Shown in pieces: positions 1-14,218 of a DNA stretch of 64,000 nucleotides. The position numbers and the translations under genes are program-made. The notes under the pieces were generated by a model that worked only from the letters and a program-made list of their open reading frames with translations, searched no databases and was not told the origin of the DNA. The DNA comes from Vermamoeba vermiformis (lineage: Eukaryota): positions 62,001-126,000 of the forward strand of contig JBEWZL010000132.1 in the NCBI GenBank assembly GCA_045837725.1, read 5' to 3'. Each line of letters opens with the position of its first letter. Positions within the stretch are counted from its first letter, which is position 1.

Positions 1-1866
1 ACGTTCCCGAAACAATTTCTCTTCTCTTGCAAGCTGGTATCAAGTTTTGGGTCGTGGTAAGTTCAACAAAATATTCCCTTATTTGGCTATAGTTTTAATT
101 CGTGTACTTATGCAGACCGGAGATAAGAAAGAAACAGCTATTAATATCGCTGTATCGTGTCAACTTGTCACCGAGCAACATTTACTAAAAGTGATTGCGA
201 AGGATGAGAGTGAGATCGGCCAAGCTATTGACACTTTTGATCGTGAGCTTAGTGACCTTGTTATTCAATTACACGGCTCTGAGTGCCTCGAAGAAGATTC
301 AATCCACAAAAAAAATATTTGCAATCAAAAGAAGACCGTACATCTGGACAAAGAGATCCGTATTGGTGCAGTACTCGATGGGCATACGTTAAACTGGGCT
401 CTTAATCACGACTTCAATCACTTTATGAAGCTCATTACGCGGTGCGATTCTGTCATTATTTGTCGTGCGACTCCATTGCAAAAAGAACAAGTAAGATCCG
501 AACATTGCAATAATAATAACCTTTGATCTGTATTAATGATAATCTATTAGGTTGTTAAAGCTACTAAGAAATATTTGCCTCGAAGTCAAACTCTTGCTAT
601 TGGCGACGGAGGAAATGATGTCTCGATGTTGCGTGCGGCGGATGTGGGCATTGGTTTGCCGGGTGAAGAAGGTCGTCAAGCAGCAAGTACGTTATATATA
701 TATTCCTAAATTAATATATAATGGTTATTAATGGCTTTTCGCAAACAGTGGCTGCTGATTTCCAGATTGGTCAGTTCAATCGACTCGCGCGTCTGGTGCT
801 TGTTCGTGGACGATATTTCTATACTGGCATGGCATTTTTCTTGTTCTATTTCTTTTATAGAGTAAGTAGCCGGTACCTATAATACGACAATAACATATCA
901 TACTCATTGGCTATTAATAGAGTTTTGCTTTAATCGTGCCAAGACTGTGGGCCAACGGGTTTGCAGCCTTCTCGGGCATCAACTTTTACCAAGCTTTATT
1001 CGACGGAGGATTCAATTTGCGTAAGTTTGTAGTCTTTAATAGTATAAGACCGGCGAGCTAATACTCTTCTATTAGTTTTCGCGTCCATTCCTATTTTGGT
1101 AGTGACGGCAGGAGAGCGAGACATGGCACCCAAACTTTTGTTGCGATACCCTGAACTCTATAGAGATGTCGCTAATCATCGCTATTTCAATCGCAAGAAG
1201 TTCTCGTATTGGCTCTTACAAGGAATTTATCATGGAACTCTTGTTTGGGCCGTGCCCGTCTTGCTTTTCAGTTCTTCGTACCCGACCTCGCTTGGATCTG
1301 AAGGCGGCGAATGGGTCGTGTGTGCTGTTAGCATGTTCTATTTGGTAGTATTGGTTAACTTACAAGTCGCTCATAGAATATAGTAAGTTCTAACCTTTCC
1401 CTAAAACTCGATCGAGGATCCGAATCTAACTTTTCCTCGCAGTTATTGGACTACCGTGCATCATGCAGTTATCTGGGGCTCAATAGTCTTATGTTTAGCA
1501 TTGACTATCGTATACGCCATTCCATCTTTGAATTCCGAGTATTCTGGCGTAGCAGTCTATTTCCTATCAACTGCAGAATTCTGGCTGGGCCTCCTATTAA
1601 TTGTTGCCCTCGCATTTTTGCCGTCTCATACATTCTGGTACATTGCGCGCAATTACAATCCCTCGCCTATGGACATTGTTCAAGAGATCCAGTTACTCGA
1701 ACACCGTCAACATCACCATGAGCATAAACATCGTCATAGAAGCAATACACCGCCTGCAGTTGAGTTGAAAGCCAATGCGTATCACGTGGACGAAAACAAT
1801 CCGGATCCACCTCACACGCAACGGTCAGTGCACGCTGAAAACAATAGCAATAAAGAACAAAGTTAA
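1..1866 (+). CDS. P4-type ATPase (phospholipid flippase), 3' part, multi-exon
   Basis: Spliced exons give [29 protein letters not shown] and [26 protein letters not shown], followed by C-terminal TM helices; stop at 1866. Confidence 0.93.
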
Positions 1867-2012
1867 TTGTGTTGTATTCGAATAATTCCTAAGCTAACGG
1901 CCATTAGTAGTAGAAATAATGATCTTATGATAACAGATCTGCCATCAATGCACTCAAATTGAGTACAAGAGTAATTAGTTAATCGAATGCTATCAAAGTA
2001 TTTTGATTTCAT

Positions 2013-2540
2013 TTACAGTGCTTTTTTTTTATTTGTTCGGTTGAGGTGCTTTCTAATGAATTCTTCAATCTCGTTCTTTTCTTTTGGCAAATGCAGACCA
2101 ACTCTCCACGTAGATATTGCTTTGTCGAGCAAATCAACCAATTTCCTCTTTGTTCGACGCATTTCATCTGGTAAGAGTCTAATGTACTGTTGAAAAATTT
2201 GAGAACTTGCAAGAACGCAGATTTGCACTAATTTTTTTTTGATTTTAATTTCGGCCTTAAAATGAAGTAAAATTACCTCCATTGAAAGCCCTTTAATCAT
2301 TATAAATAGGGCGTTGAGGAAGATGGTTATACAGCGAATGTATGTTTCCGCTGTTTTCAGAACCTCCGCTGTTGCATCTTTTGGCACATTATTTCTGTAT
2401 TGAATTATCTCTTCTTTATTCTCAGCCAATTGTTTGTACTTTTCGTCAAGCTGTTTGCCGACCTTCTCAAGCTTGCTGATCTTCTCTTCGTCAAACTCGA
2501 AGGACGTTGCTAATTCTGCGGCTTCTTCTGTGTCGCTCAT
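2013..2540 (-). CDS. Small helical/coiled-coil hypothetical protein (MSDTEEAAELATSF...), probably one intron
   Basis: ATG at 2540, charged helical sequence, probable intron about 2275-2205. Confidence 0.55.
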   Translation of the reverse strand: MSDTEEAAELATSFEFDEEKISKLEKVGKQLDEKYKQLAENKEEIIQYRNNVPKDATAEVLKTAETYIRCITIFLNALFIMIKGLSMEVILLHFKAEIKIKKKLVQICVLASSQIFQQYIRLLPDEMRRTKRKLVDLLDKAISTWRVGLHLPKEKNEIEEFIRKHLNRTNKKKAL

Positions 2541-2631
2541 CTTGGACTTAACTAAAAGTTGATAATTTATTAGATAACTGACATAATAATTTGGCAGCAG
2601 ATCTGCAAATGAAATTGTTTCCGTTGGGACG

Positions 2632-3021
2632 ATGTCACGCAACTTGAACAACACAACTCCCACGGGCAAGAAGCCCAAGTTGGCTTGGGAGGTGGTCTGC
2701 GGGGCTGCAAAAGATGCCTTCGATAAGATGATGGGCGTTAGCACTGAGGGGCGCGAGCTCGTAGTGCGCACCCCTAAAAAATCGAAGATCGAGAAAGATG
2801 CGGTTATTGACGCTATTCTTTCTCTTGACGTGCCTGAGGATAATATTCTGATCGTTAACTTACCTTTTTTGTGCCTTCTCTTGTGTCGCAATATTGCTTC
2901 GAGAACGATTGGATCTGCCAGTTATAGATCCGCAACTAAATATTGCAACCTGGGTGTGGCTTGTCATATGATTATAATTAAAGTTCTACTACTAAGTTCA
3001 ATTTTTATTCTTGGGCACTGA
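2632..3021 (+). CDS. Possible small hypothetical protein
   Basis: ATG-initiated 129-aa ORF with protein-like N-terminal half; no recognisable family; overlaps the 3' end of the neighbouring gene. Confidence 0.3.
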   Translation: MSRNLNNTTPTGKKPKLAWEVVCGAAKDAFDKMMGVSTEGRELVVRTPKKSKIEKDAVIDAILSLDVPEDNILIVNLPFLCLLLCRNIASRTIGSASYRSATKYCNLGVACHMIIIKVLLLSSIFILGH

Positions 3022-4648
3022 AAAAAGATAGATCCGGGCTGCGGAGTCGAGCAGCAAAACAAATACTGTAACAGCTGTAAGTGCAACTTGTGGCTCAGGG
3101 GAGTGCGTAATTACAGGAATTAAAAATAAAATCGCGACAATAATCACTAGGGCTCTTGTAACGGCATTAAAGATCATGCGCTGATTCAACTAAAATCTAG
3201 ATTAATTTCATTATCAATAATAGTGTTGAAATTTAACTGTACCTTATTTATCGCTTGTATTCTCTTAATATCGACCGCTGCTTTCATTACTTCTGTTGAA
3301 CGTAATTGGATCACGATCCGTCGTGCTGTGACTACGTAGAAGACCAAGAAACCAATAGAAACGATTAAATATATAATAGGTAGTACTGCAGTAGAATTGA
3401 AGTCAGTTAGAAATGCCGTTAAGATGCTAATAATCAGATCCGCTGCGATGAGTAGAAGTGTAATGACGAAGAACGGGATCAGCAACTTTCTTAGAAAAGG
3501 ATTGATTTTGACCGTAGAGCCTAGCATTTCGTGCCTAATATTTGAGTTAAATCCTAGCTATGTAATAATTAGGAATTGAACACGTACCAATAAAAACTGA
3601 TCAAGACGAATGTAGCGACTCCATAAGGGATACTGACGGTGTCTATAAAGCTCCCTACAATATATCCGAATACAAAATAGCATGACAAAGGATCTACTGC
3701 TATATACAGTATTCTCCCTATTAATTTAACAAGAGTTAGATCTGGTTAGAAAGCGGAGGGAACGTACATAAGCTAGCGATTACTTCCAGAGCTAGACAAA
3801 CTTGTGGTACGTTGAATACGAAGCCTTGCACCTGAACAAACGCAACGAGCTTATAAAAGGCCCAACAAAAAAGTGCGAACGTGATCGCGGTGAGAAGGAT
3901 CCGAAAGACGACTAAAACAGCCACTGAATGGATTGCTGCCGTCCAAGGGTTGCCTATAAGTATATTAATACAATGGTATTCAAACTGGAGCTAAATTTAC
4001 CCTCTGAAGAAAGCGTGACTTGAACGGATTCACCCGCTAAAAGCACATCCAGCAATTTTGACGTAGCTTGCCCTGAAACTTCAGCTATGGGCACTTTTAC
4101 TTTAGTCATGTCTTCTCCATTATAGGTACAGAAGTATTGGCCAGGCACCGCTGAAATCAAGTTTTAGATCTATTAATAGCAAACAAAAATGGCGGGGTAT
4201 CTCCGCTATGACGAAGAATAGATACTTTTTGGAATATTTGAATAATATTATAAAATTAACGGCCTAACTAGCTAATTATTGGAGCTTACTTGCTTGTGTA
4301 GCGTAAACGATTCCGATTACTCCTCGCGATTGCAGTTCAAAGACTTTGGTATAAAACGATAATGCAGGTTGCTGTTCTAAATAGATTATGCTGTTATTCA
4401 AATCTGAATTTGAAGCGTGGATCAGCTGGCCCGAGAGCGAAGAAAATCTTGACTCGAAATCATCACCTTTATCAAAATTAGGTTAGTTATTATAATATTA
4501 GCATCGTAATAATACCTTTCTTGTAAAATTGGGCTGAATCGAAGACAGTTCCGTTCAAGGTTCCGGATGTGATTGTCAGGTTAGCCGATACCGTTTCTGA
4601 TGCTACCAAAACAAATAATAATCGCAGAAATAGCTTAAATGACTTCAT
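2998..4648 (-). CDS. Signal peptide + protease-associated (PA)-like domain + multi-pass (about 7 TM) membrane protein
   Basis: MKSFKLFLRLLFVLVAS leader; LQSRGVIGIV and KVPIAEVS..LLDVL PA-like motifs; several hydrophobic exons 3000-3950. Confidence 0.65.
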
Positions 4649-4790
4649 TCGTATAGATTATAATAATTAAAAATAACTTGGTTCGCGGTGCACGCTACTA
4701 ATTTATAGAAATTTCATAGCCCGTCATTCGTCAGAAATTAATTCTTTGGCGGGTATCAAAATGTGAATATTAAGTGCTCTTTATATGTGA

Positions 4791-7700
4791 TTACTTTGAT
4801 TTGTATCGGTGCATGAAAAAAGCAGCACCAAGTCCAACCAAAAGACCCAAACCTGCGCCGATCAGCAACTGATTCGTGAACGTGATCTGATCTGTCTTCT
4901 TTCTCTTCTTTTTCTTCTTCTTCTTCTCATTCTTAACATTATCTATAGTTTCTTCTATGCTACGTGTGACTAGTTCGAGTAGTTTAGCGTCGCCTACGTT
5001 CACATCCAATCCGAACAGCATGGCGATATCAACAACTCCGCTTGGTGCTGCTTGCAAACCAATCTTAAGCCTCTCGAGTCCTTCTATATATTTTTCTTTG
5101 TTCATCATGCGACGTATCTGTTTTTTCGCTTCTTTAACCAAAACTTCCTCAGATTCGAGATGAGCGTCGGACAAGCGGGCCATACACATGACTTCTAATA
5201 TCGTGCAGCTCTTAGATATGTCTGATAGTGTATTATAGTGCTCTAATCTGATTAAATTAGTCGCCTGCATGCCTTCTTGAATTGTCTCTCGGTTATTCTC
5301 CGTTACAGGTGTAGGGGTCGTCGGAACAACTGAATTGGCCATCATAGCCTCTAACAACTTTTCGGAAATGCGTTCTCGATAAAGTTCCTGTATTACAAGT
5401 AAAATGGAGTCAGTACGCAATTCTTAAAATTCTTCGAAAAATTAAATTAAATTCCGTACCTGCAGCCAGGCGTTACGTTTCTCAAATTCTTCTTTCTTCT
5501 GCTCATTTTTATCTAATATAATGAGTTTTATGGCGAAAAGGCGAAAGCTTAAATAGACAAAAGTCAGTACATCTTTTTATACCAAAAAAACGCTCGTAGC
5601 GATCAAGTAGTTGTTCTCTTATTAATCAATACTAACCTGATTATAAACTCTTGACAAAGCATCATTAAATCGGGTATCATTTCTTGTTTAATAGGCAAGC
5701 TGACGCCCAAATTGAAATAGAAGCCAACATAATAAAAAATCGCTTGTATAAGGTAGTGCTCGAGAGGGAGGTTGGTGGGAACTGTTAATACAATATTAAT
5801 ATTATCGTGATAAACTTTTGTTTTGTAACGGATGCGAGCTCAAGAGTGGATCGCAGGTTAATACCTAAAAACTTGAAGGCCTTGGCTATTTGTGTCCATC
5901 CAGGAGCAATCTCCAAATACTGCGTAATCAAAGAGGTCAGTATGTATCTCGTAATACATTTTGGGACGTACTACTCCAATATCGTTTCGGATCTGTTGAT
6001 CGAGCATATCGAGCATGCTATCAGTCATCATTGTAACTGCCCGTGACGCGTTGGTTTGTAGTTTTATTATAAGATCTTCAAAACTCTCCTTAGCTTCATT
6101 GAACGGCTAACAAAATAAAATGGAATTAATACCGGATCTAGCGATTTACGAAGAAAAATATTTACCATATTGGCGGCGTGTACAAACTGCTTCAAATTAG
6201 TTTGTAGGTCTTTGTCGTCTTTCCATCTATAATAATATCACTCGTTTAGTTCACTAGCACTCGGATCCTAAGGTCCACTTACTCCTTTAACAATTCCCAA
6301 CGCATCGCTAATGTCTCGAACATTCTCAAATGAACGAAATCTCCTTGTGGATAAGTCAATAGCGCCCATAACGAGGGAATATAAGTCTTTGGAGCTTCAT
6401 TTGGCTGGTTGCAATCGCACACGGACCACGGCGACATTACTCCTCGATCAATGGCATCAATAGTGTCTTCTTCGATGTACCTTAGCATAGTACGGAACAC
6501 TATCATGAAAACAGAAAGTTAGCGAAATTCCAAGCTCGGAGATTTATCGGAGATTTTCTTACTCGTAATGGAATACGTTTGTTTGGCGCTACTGGTAGAA
6601 CTTGCAAATGCAAACATAGGATCAAGTTTGTCCTTTTTAGCTTTCTCTTCACTCTCTTGTTGCAATTGATACTTCAGAATATCAAACATGAACGGAGAAG
6701 CGCCAAAGTTGACCGAGAACTCGTAGCCTTGGTGACAACTCACCACTGCATGAAGTGTTTCGAGATTGAGCAGTCGTTCTTGCCAGTAGTTGTGTGTCTT
6801 GGTGCACACGAGTTGACCGTTCAATGTCCAGAACACGGCTCTTTTCTTGAAGTCAATGCCAAAGCCGACTAGTAACAGGATCCGATTAATATGAGGGTTG
6901 ATATAACCCGAAATTCAATCCAACCCAACAAAACAGTTAGGTTGACCTGACCGAACTTTTCACCACATATTTATACTACGATATTAAATACTAAGATGTA
7001 TAAAGAGTGATTTTCTAAGCTTACCTGTATCGTTGGCATTGAAGACTGGATGATCTTTCGGCGCGATATCAAACTCCATTAGTATTTGTCCCTTATTGCA
7101 GTACGCAAAAGAATTTCGTCCCAAGCCAACGAAAGCCTGATATCCATCAAGTGCTGCACCAACACCGAATCGACTTAAATGACATCGTGATTAGTGATCC
7201 GTATTGTAAGTAGACGTAAAATTAAACTTACTATTCAACTTCCGGAGATCTCTTTGCTAGCAACGAAGTTTCGTAATAAGCTACGGTAAAATCCGCAATC
7301 GGATGTGGATAGAGCGGGATCTTGCTTTGAAAACCCTTTTGAAAAGATAGATTAGTAGCTACTACGATTTATTAATATATAGATAGACGCAAATTAATTA
7401 CGCAAGAGGTACTTACAAACATTTCCACGTTTGGGGCTTCACGAGCAGGAAATGCAATTGGCTGGATGTAGCGATAGTGATTTGGAGACATCTGCGCCAT
7501 TGATTTCCTTATTTTTGGATCTACGGCATCACTGAACTGCAGCTCATTGGTGAGAATCTTCGCATGGTGAATCGAAGAAATAATGAACTCCGCTTTCCAA
7601 TTTATTTTTTCCGATTCATCCTGCTCCGCAGCCTTGACATCTATAAAAAAATCTTGGTCAATACAAATGCGAATATATTGAATTACTTCAGAATTTTCTA

Positions 7701-7931
7701 ACGAACACAGAGCGAGTTTAAAATAGATCGATCTCGTTAACTCGATTTACCGTTTGGTCCCCAATGAAATAACTTGCACGACAGATTTTTATAAAGATCG
7801 CGTTCATTGAATTGGTGCAGTTGTGTTTTTGATGCAGTTTCAAAGTTGAGAACTGAACGAAATGGCACCAACGCCAAGATATCGATCACTATCTCTGATG
7901 GAATAGACCAAAATAATGATGTTGCTTCCAT
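4791..7931 (-). CDS. F-box + SPRY-like domain protein with C-terminal TM anchor (paralog A)
   Basis: SIPSEIVIDILALVP (F-box); VGFGIDF..RAVFWTLNG and VNFGASPFMFDI (SPRY); C-terminal LLIGAGLGLLVGLGAAFF. Confidence 0.75.
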
Positions 7932-8354
7932 AATTGAATAACTAGTATAATAAACCGTCGGTCTACTTACTGCCAATCAATGAACGCACACGTGATTTGT
8001 GATCTGGATACACAGATTGAGTTCACGTAAGTCCGTTGTCAGCGTCCATTAGCGCCAATAATCTAATCGGTATAACTTACACATTGTATATTAATTAGTG
8101 AATGCACTAGGCAACTCGTGTATAGCCAAGGTTACCATTTCCCTACCGGTTGTTTTCGAAGCCTTGATCCGGTAGCATTTACGAAGCTGGTCCCAATAGG
8201 TAATTAAATTGCCCTATTAATTTACTTGTACCGGTATTTTGACTAATTTAAGAAAGCATCCGTGGTTTCATTTCACTGAACGAAATCAAAATGGCGTTTT
8301 TAAGCTTCCGCACTTTTTTTCCCATTAATTTAATTGACCTAGTCACTGCACAAT

Positions 8355-9446
8355 ATGACAACTCACGACGATATGTTCTCATTTCAAGATCTTCATGCCG
8401 ACATAGTTGGATTCAATGTTGGAGGATTCGTTTTTCAAACAAAGAAAGCGACGTTGAGCAAGAAAGCTTTACATAATAAGCCTACATATTTCGAGCAAAT
8501 ATTAAAAGGCGAAATCAAGGCTGAAAAGGACAAAGACGGCAATTTTTTTATTGACAGGTAAATCATTTTAAATTTTTCCAACGGATTCGTTCTTCGGATA
8601 CTAATAAAAATCGTTACAGGGACGGAGATTGCATGAAAGTTATATTATCCTATTTAAGAAACGACGAGCTCGACATACCGCCCAACATCCGGCCCTACGA
8701 TCTTGAACGAGAAGCTCAGTTCTACAATATCGAACTTCCGAGAGCTGACGCGCGCAATAGACACCGCAGAAAGATAGAATTGCACAAAAACGGAATTTAC
8801 ACTTCAGATGTAACGTCCTATTACTTTAAAGTAAGCCAATCCGCTACGTTGATGTGGAAATAGCTCGGCAACCGACGGAATGATCTAACGCTACTTCATA
8901 TAGGTACTTAACTCGCACACAGTTGTACACGGCGTTGATTGGAAATATGGAAGCAATCACGCGAATCCAATCAATTACGAAATCAGAGGCAACGATTTGA
9001 TTTTCCCTCACAATCCTATGAACAATCGTCTTATCATCAATGACGGTAATAACCTCATCTCCTACACTGAAGACTGGGGAGTACTCTCGTTTATCGAATC
9101 CAAACCGATCGCAAAGGAAATCTCAACTAAGTTCCCATTCGGCATTAAAGAAAATGGCAAAAAGAAGCACCACCATCACGTGCGTATATATGGCACGCAT
9201 ATTGAAGTTACAGACCAAAGTGGGCACGTTGTAGCTCAAGCGGATGCCGAGCTGAATCCGCAAGACTTCTACGTCGCTCAACTCAAGTTTCATGGCAATG
9301 ATTATATCGTAGAACTCTACGATCATTTCGTGCAGATTATTAGCATTGCTAGAGACAAGACCAAGCGAGTTCCAGCCGCGAACATTTGGGGCTTCGTATC
9401 GAAAGAAAAGAAAGACAAGAACAACGAAGAGCAGTCAGAACTATAA
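8355..9446 (+). CDS. KCTD-type BTB/POZ (T1) domain protein
   Basis: FNVGGFVFQT..TL, FFIDR|DG..VILSYLR, EREAQFY; 3 exons. Confidence 0.85.
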
Positions 9447-9716
9447 GACCAGCGTCATTAAAACGCTCAATATTAATTATGTAAGTAAATTAATCGGTTA
9501 ATTCATCTCAAATTAATTTTGTACCGGATCCTTAATTAAGCTCGAACCGGAGATTAAACCGAAATCATCTTGACGTTATAAGACTTAGCAAGCCGATTCA
9601 TAGCTCGGAATTACATTCCAAACGGTAATTCCCTTATTAGGAAGGTAACGCGTGTTCGAGCCACGTTTTGCGTAATTACAGATCTGTTTATGCAATTTTA
9701 GTATTGAACACACTCC

Positions 9717-10813
9717 ATGTCTAAAGAGGACAGTATTTCGTCAACCACACAAACTAACGGGACTCGCGACGAAATTGTGAGCTTCAATGTTGGCGGATTT
9801 AGCTTCGAAACGAAAAAATCGACATTATGCAAAAAGCATAGTAATGGCAAGCCCAATTATTTCGAATTAATTTTAGAAGGCAAAGAGCATTGTGATAAAG
9901 ACCAAGACGGGTTTTACTTCATCGATAGGTCAGTATTTGTGCGAATAAATTTAAATATACAATTATGGAAAGGAAATTAATTCTAGCCGGATCACAATGG
10001 TTAACCATAATTGTAGGGACGGCGACTGCATGCGAGTATTACTAGGATATCTGCGAACAAACGAGATTCATATTCCGAAATTTTTGAGCCCATCTGTCGT
10101 CAAAAAAGAAGCGCGATTTTACAACATTGAAACCCCGAAGATAGAGACACCTAGAGACTCTCCGCGCAAGTCAGTATCAAAGACCACGAGACTGCGAAAA
10201 CATGGCATATACACCAGCGATATTACAAAGCTTTATCTAAAGGTACGAGGATCCGCGGTAAAGCCGTTACAAAAAATACTTAAAAATATTGCAGGTGCTT
10301 GGTTCAAGTTCGTTATTGCGCGGAGAAGATTATTTGGGTAAGCCAAGCTTAGCTAAAAAAATCTCCTACGAGATCCGCGGCGACCAACTGGTTCTACCTG
10401 ACTACCCGGATGCGACAAGATTTATTTTGAACGGGGGCGGTATGATTCTATCTTCTAGCGAAGACCCTCACGCTATTCCCACGATGTATTTTGCTCCCTC
10501 AGGCCAGATCCTCAAAAAAGAGATTGTGGCGAAATTTCCGTTTTCAGTGAAAGACCACAGCTCGAAGAAAGTCGGCGCAACGTTGAGCGTGTTGGGCCTT
10601 AATGTCAAAGTCGTTATGAACAGTAGCGATGGAGAGCTCGTAGTTAAATCTGTGGCGGAACAAGCTGAAGATGGAATTTTACAAGCAAATCTCACTTTGT
10701 ACAGCGCAAAATTTGTCGTTGATTTGTACGGCCATTTTGTACATGTAAGGAACCTCGCTAAAGAGACTGTACGACGAGTACCTCATGCTAACTTGCCCAA
10801 AGAAGACCGATGA
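9717..10813 (+). CDS. KCTD-type BTB/POZ domain protein (tandem paralog)
   Basis: FNVGGFSFET, YFIDR|DG..LLGYLR, KEARFY; same exon structure as 8355-9446. Confidence 0.85.
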
Positions 10814-11019
10814 AAGAAATCAAATAAAGTAAATATTACCTATTTAGTTGTAGGGCTTCATCGCTGTTATTATTATCTCCACAAAATCTCGTCCTAGATA
10901 TTAAAATCTATTACAAACTGTTTTTTAAGGGACCCACTGAGAAATTTCCGTGGGACTGCGTTAACTCACGCTCTCGAGACCGAATTTGGTTCATTACATG
11001 ATCATTGTATTATTTAATC

Positions 11020-14000
11020 ATGGAAGCAGTACCACACTCGTGTTGGTCTCTTCCAACAGAAGTATTGACCAATCTCTTGGCATTAGTACCGTATCGTTCT
11101 GTTATCAATTTTGAAGCCGCCAGTAAAGCACAGCAGCAACAATTTGAACAATATGAACTTTATAAACATCTTTCGTGCAGGTTATTTCATTGGGGATCGA
11201 ATGGTAAATAAGAGCAGCTTTACAGATCTGTTCGAGATCGTTTTATTTGCTCGTTAAACGCACCAAATAAATTTGCAATAATTTTAAAATTAGTAACAGT
11301 ATATTAACGTCTTTTGTTGAAGATGCCAAGCAAGTCGAACAAAGCACAACGGAGAAAATAAATTGGCGAGCTGAGTTCATTATTTCTTCGATCCACCATG
11401 ACACAATACTTAGCAATAGACTAGTGCATGATACAACCCATAATAAGGACGCAGCAAAATTGATGCCAGAAGTTGCGCCGAATCACTTCAACTTCGTTTC
11501 TAATAATGAAGAGGAGGAATTTCATGTAAGCAATTGATTGTGGTGTATCTGAATGATGTATATATTCTATTTATTTACTATTATTTTCAAAGATGTTGTT
11601 TCGTAGCGAAAAGCAACTTTACCCACATCCACTCGGTGATTTTACTGTGGCGTACTACGAAGTCAACTTGATATCACGCAAAGACAATGCTCAGTAAGTG
11701 CTCCATATATATTATATTATCGCACATTAATATCGATTCATATTGCGCGTTTAAGAGATTTTTGTTTCTGGATCGAACTTTGTGGTCCGCTTGCTTAATA
11801 CTAATGTCACTATCATAGGGCGCAATTTGCTGTTGGTGCTGCTCTTGACGGCTACATTGCGTTTGCAGGAGTGGGAAGAAATTCTTTCGCATACACTATT
11901 GACGGCCAAGTGCTACTTGAGCTTGACATCGCGCCTGCAGATCAGCCACCAATAAACGTTGGCGACACTAGTAAGTGTTAGATTCCTTAATATTGATAAG
12001 AAGCATATATAAGAGTACACTAATTTATCATATAACACTAGTCGGCTTTGGCATTGACTTCAAAACAAGAGCCGTGTTCTGGACATTGAACGGTCAACTC
12101 GTGTGCACCAAAACACACAACTACTGGCAGGAACGACTGCTCAATCTCGAAACACTTCACGTATCGGTCAGCTGCGGTCATGGCTTCGAGTTCTCAATCA
12201 ATTTTGGTGCATCTCCGTTCTTGTTCGACATCCGCAAGCATCAACAAAATTCGCAACGAGAGAGTGCAGATCGCTTGAATGACGATAATAGTGCTGATAA
12301 AAACGTATTAAGAGATACGTATTCGATGACAAGTAAGCATATCTAATCAACTATGAGTTCAATGAGTTCGAACTTACCGCAAGATCTAATTCTTATTTAT
12401 ATATTTAGTGCTGCATCATGTCCTTAAATATATCGAAGAAGATACGCTTACAGCCATCGCTGACAAAGACCTCAGATTCGTCTCCCTCTTTGATTTCAAT
12501 CCGCCGAGTGGGGTGTATCATGTAGACATTAATCCGCTTTGGATCTGCTTGCTCTTTCCGAACGATGGGGATAATGGACTTATGGACGTACCGCTTGAAT
12601 TTTTGGCAACAAATTTAGAGCTGTTTCTTGAGTACGTACTGTAACAGATCGAGATCAGACGATAAAAAAAATCTAATACTGATACTGCATTTTGTAGGTG
12701 GAAAGACGATAAAAAAATCCAAATGATGGTCAAAAAACTATTTGATGAGTTTCAGATGGTAAGTAACTTTAAACTACAAGATTCAGAAACCAGATCTGAT
12801 TCCGTTTTCAGCCGTATGAAACAACAGACACATACGAAGATCTCGTTAACCGACTGCATGATAACGCACATGTTTTTTGGTTTATGAGATTTTTCCAGAC
12901 GATCAAGCGATTTGAAGACGACATCCGTCAAGACTTTGTGCAGGTGTGTACTGACATACTACTGCATTACTATTAATTTAAAATATTAAACATACTGTTT
13001 GCAGGATGATATTGCAGCTGGATGGGCACTTGTGGTCACGGCATTCAACACCATCGGTAAGATCCCGTTACAATTTTTAATAATTTTGCTCCAAAAACTG
13101 TAGAATATATTCTATATATTAACATTACCTTCCCAGTTACTAATGAGCAGCTGCCAATCGATCACTATTTGGTTCAAGCCTCACTTTGCTACCTCGATAA
13201 TATTTGTAAAACGGGCTTTCCCAAGCCAATTACTCAAGAGAATGCAAGCACGTTGGTGTCCAAAGCTAGATATCGTATATTGAGGTACGCGCATATTGGT
13301 ATTATCTTAATATTCTTCCTTAAACTAAAAAGAAATGCAACTACAAATGTACTGACTTAAATTCTAGTCTGCGGCTAAAAACCTTGCAGCTGATCATATT
13401 GGATAAAAACAGTAACAAGAAAGAGGATTTTGAGAAGCGTAATGTTAAGATCCAGGTACGAAATAATTGAAAAAAAAATTCTAAGAATTTCTGAAAGTAA
13501 TTAATTTCCGCTACAAAAATAGGAGTTGTATCGCCATCGAGTCGCCAAGGATACGTTAGATTTAACGCTCCAATCAGCACCGATTCCCACGGTGCCACTG
13601 AGAATGAACAGAGAAGAGCAAAAGAAGGCTCGGATCGACCGCCTGCTCACTACTTTATCTTTAATTGAGCACTACGACGTGCAAGATGACTTTACAAAGA
13701 GTCGCGTCATATTAGATGCTATAGGCATGCTTCGTATTCCAGAAGAAAAGGTCACATCCGAATCTGAACTTTTAGCCGAAGCAAAACAACAGATCATTCG
13801 AGAAGTACCCGCAGAAAGACGAATAGAAAGGCTTGAAGATATAAGAAGCTCTGTCGTAAAAGAAGACTACGAGCCTGAGGTCGTCAAGAACTTGGCTCGT
13901 ACGTTTGGTTTGGATGTAGAAGCGGACATTGACCGACTCAGAGAGCAAATCAAAAACAAGCTCGACAAGGATATAAATCAGATTAAGAAGAAACCGAAGC

Positions 14001-14101
14001 AACAGATCTCCTTGAAGACTCAGTTACTGATCGGATCTGGTATCGGTCTTTTACTCGGACTTGGTGCCGCTTTCTTTGTGCATCGACGCAACGCCAAGTA
14101 A
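11020..14101 (+). CDS. F-box + SPRY-like domain protein with C-terminal TM anchor (paralog B)
   Basis: SLPTEVLTNLLALVP, VGFGIDFKTRAVFWTLNG, INFGASPFLFDI, LLIGSGIGLLLGLGAAFF; collinear with paralog A. Confidence 0.75.
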
Positions 14102-14218
14102 TCATCAATTATAGAACACTTAATATACACCTATTGGAACAATAATACTTGTGATAAAAAATTTTTATCATTAAATCATTTACTTTGGCTAATCCAAAAC
14201 TATTCCAAATAAGGAAAT

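Noticed and set aside
2541-2891. N-terminal extension of the 292-aa minus ORF
   Set aside because: Crosses an AT-rich intergenic-like stretch; the ATG at 2540 is the more plausible start
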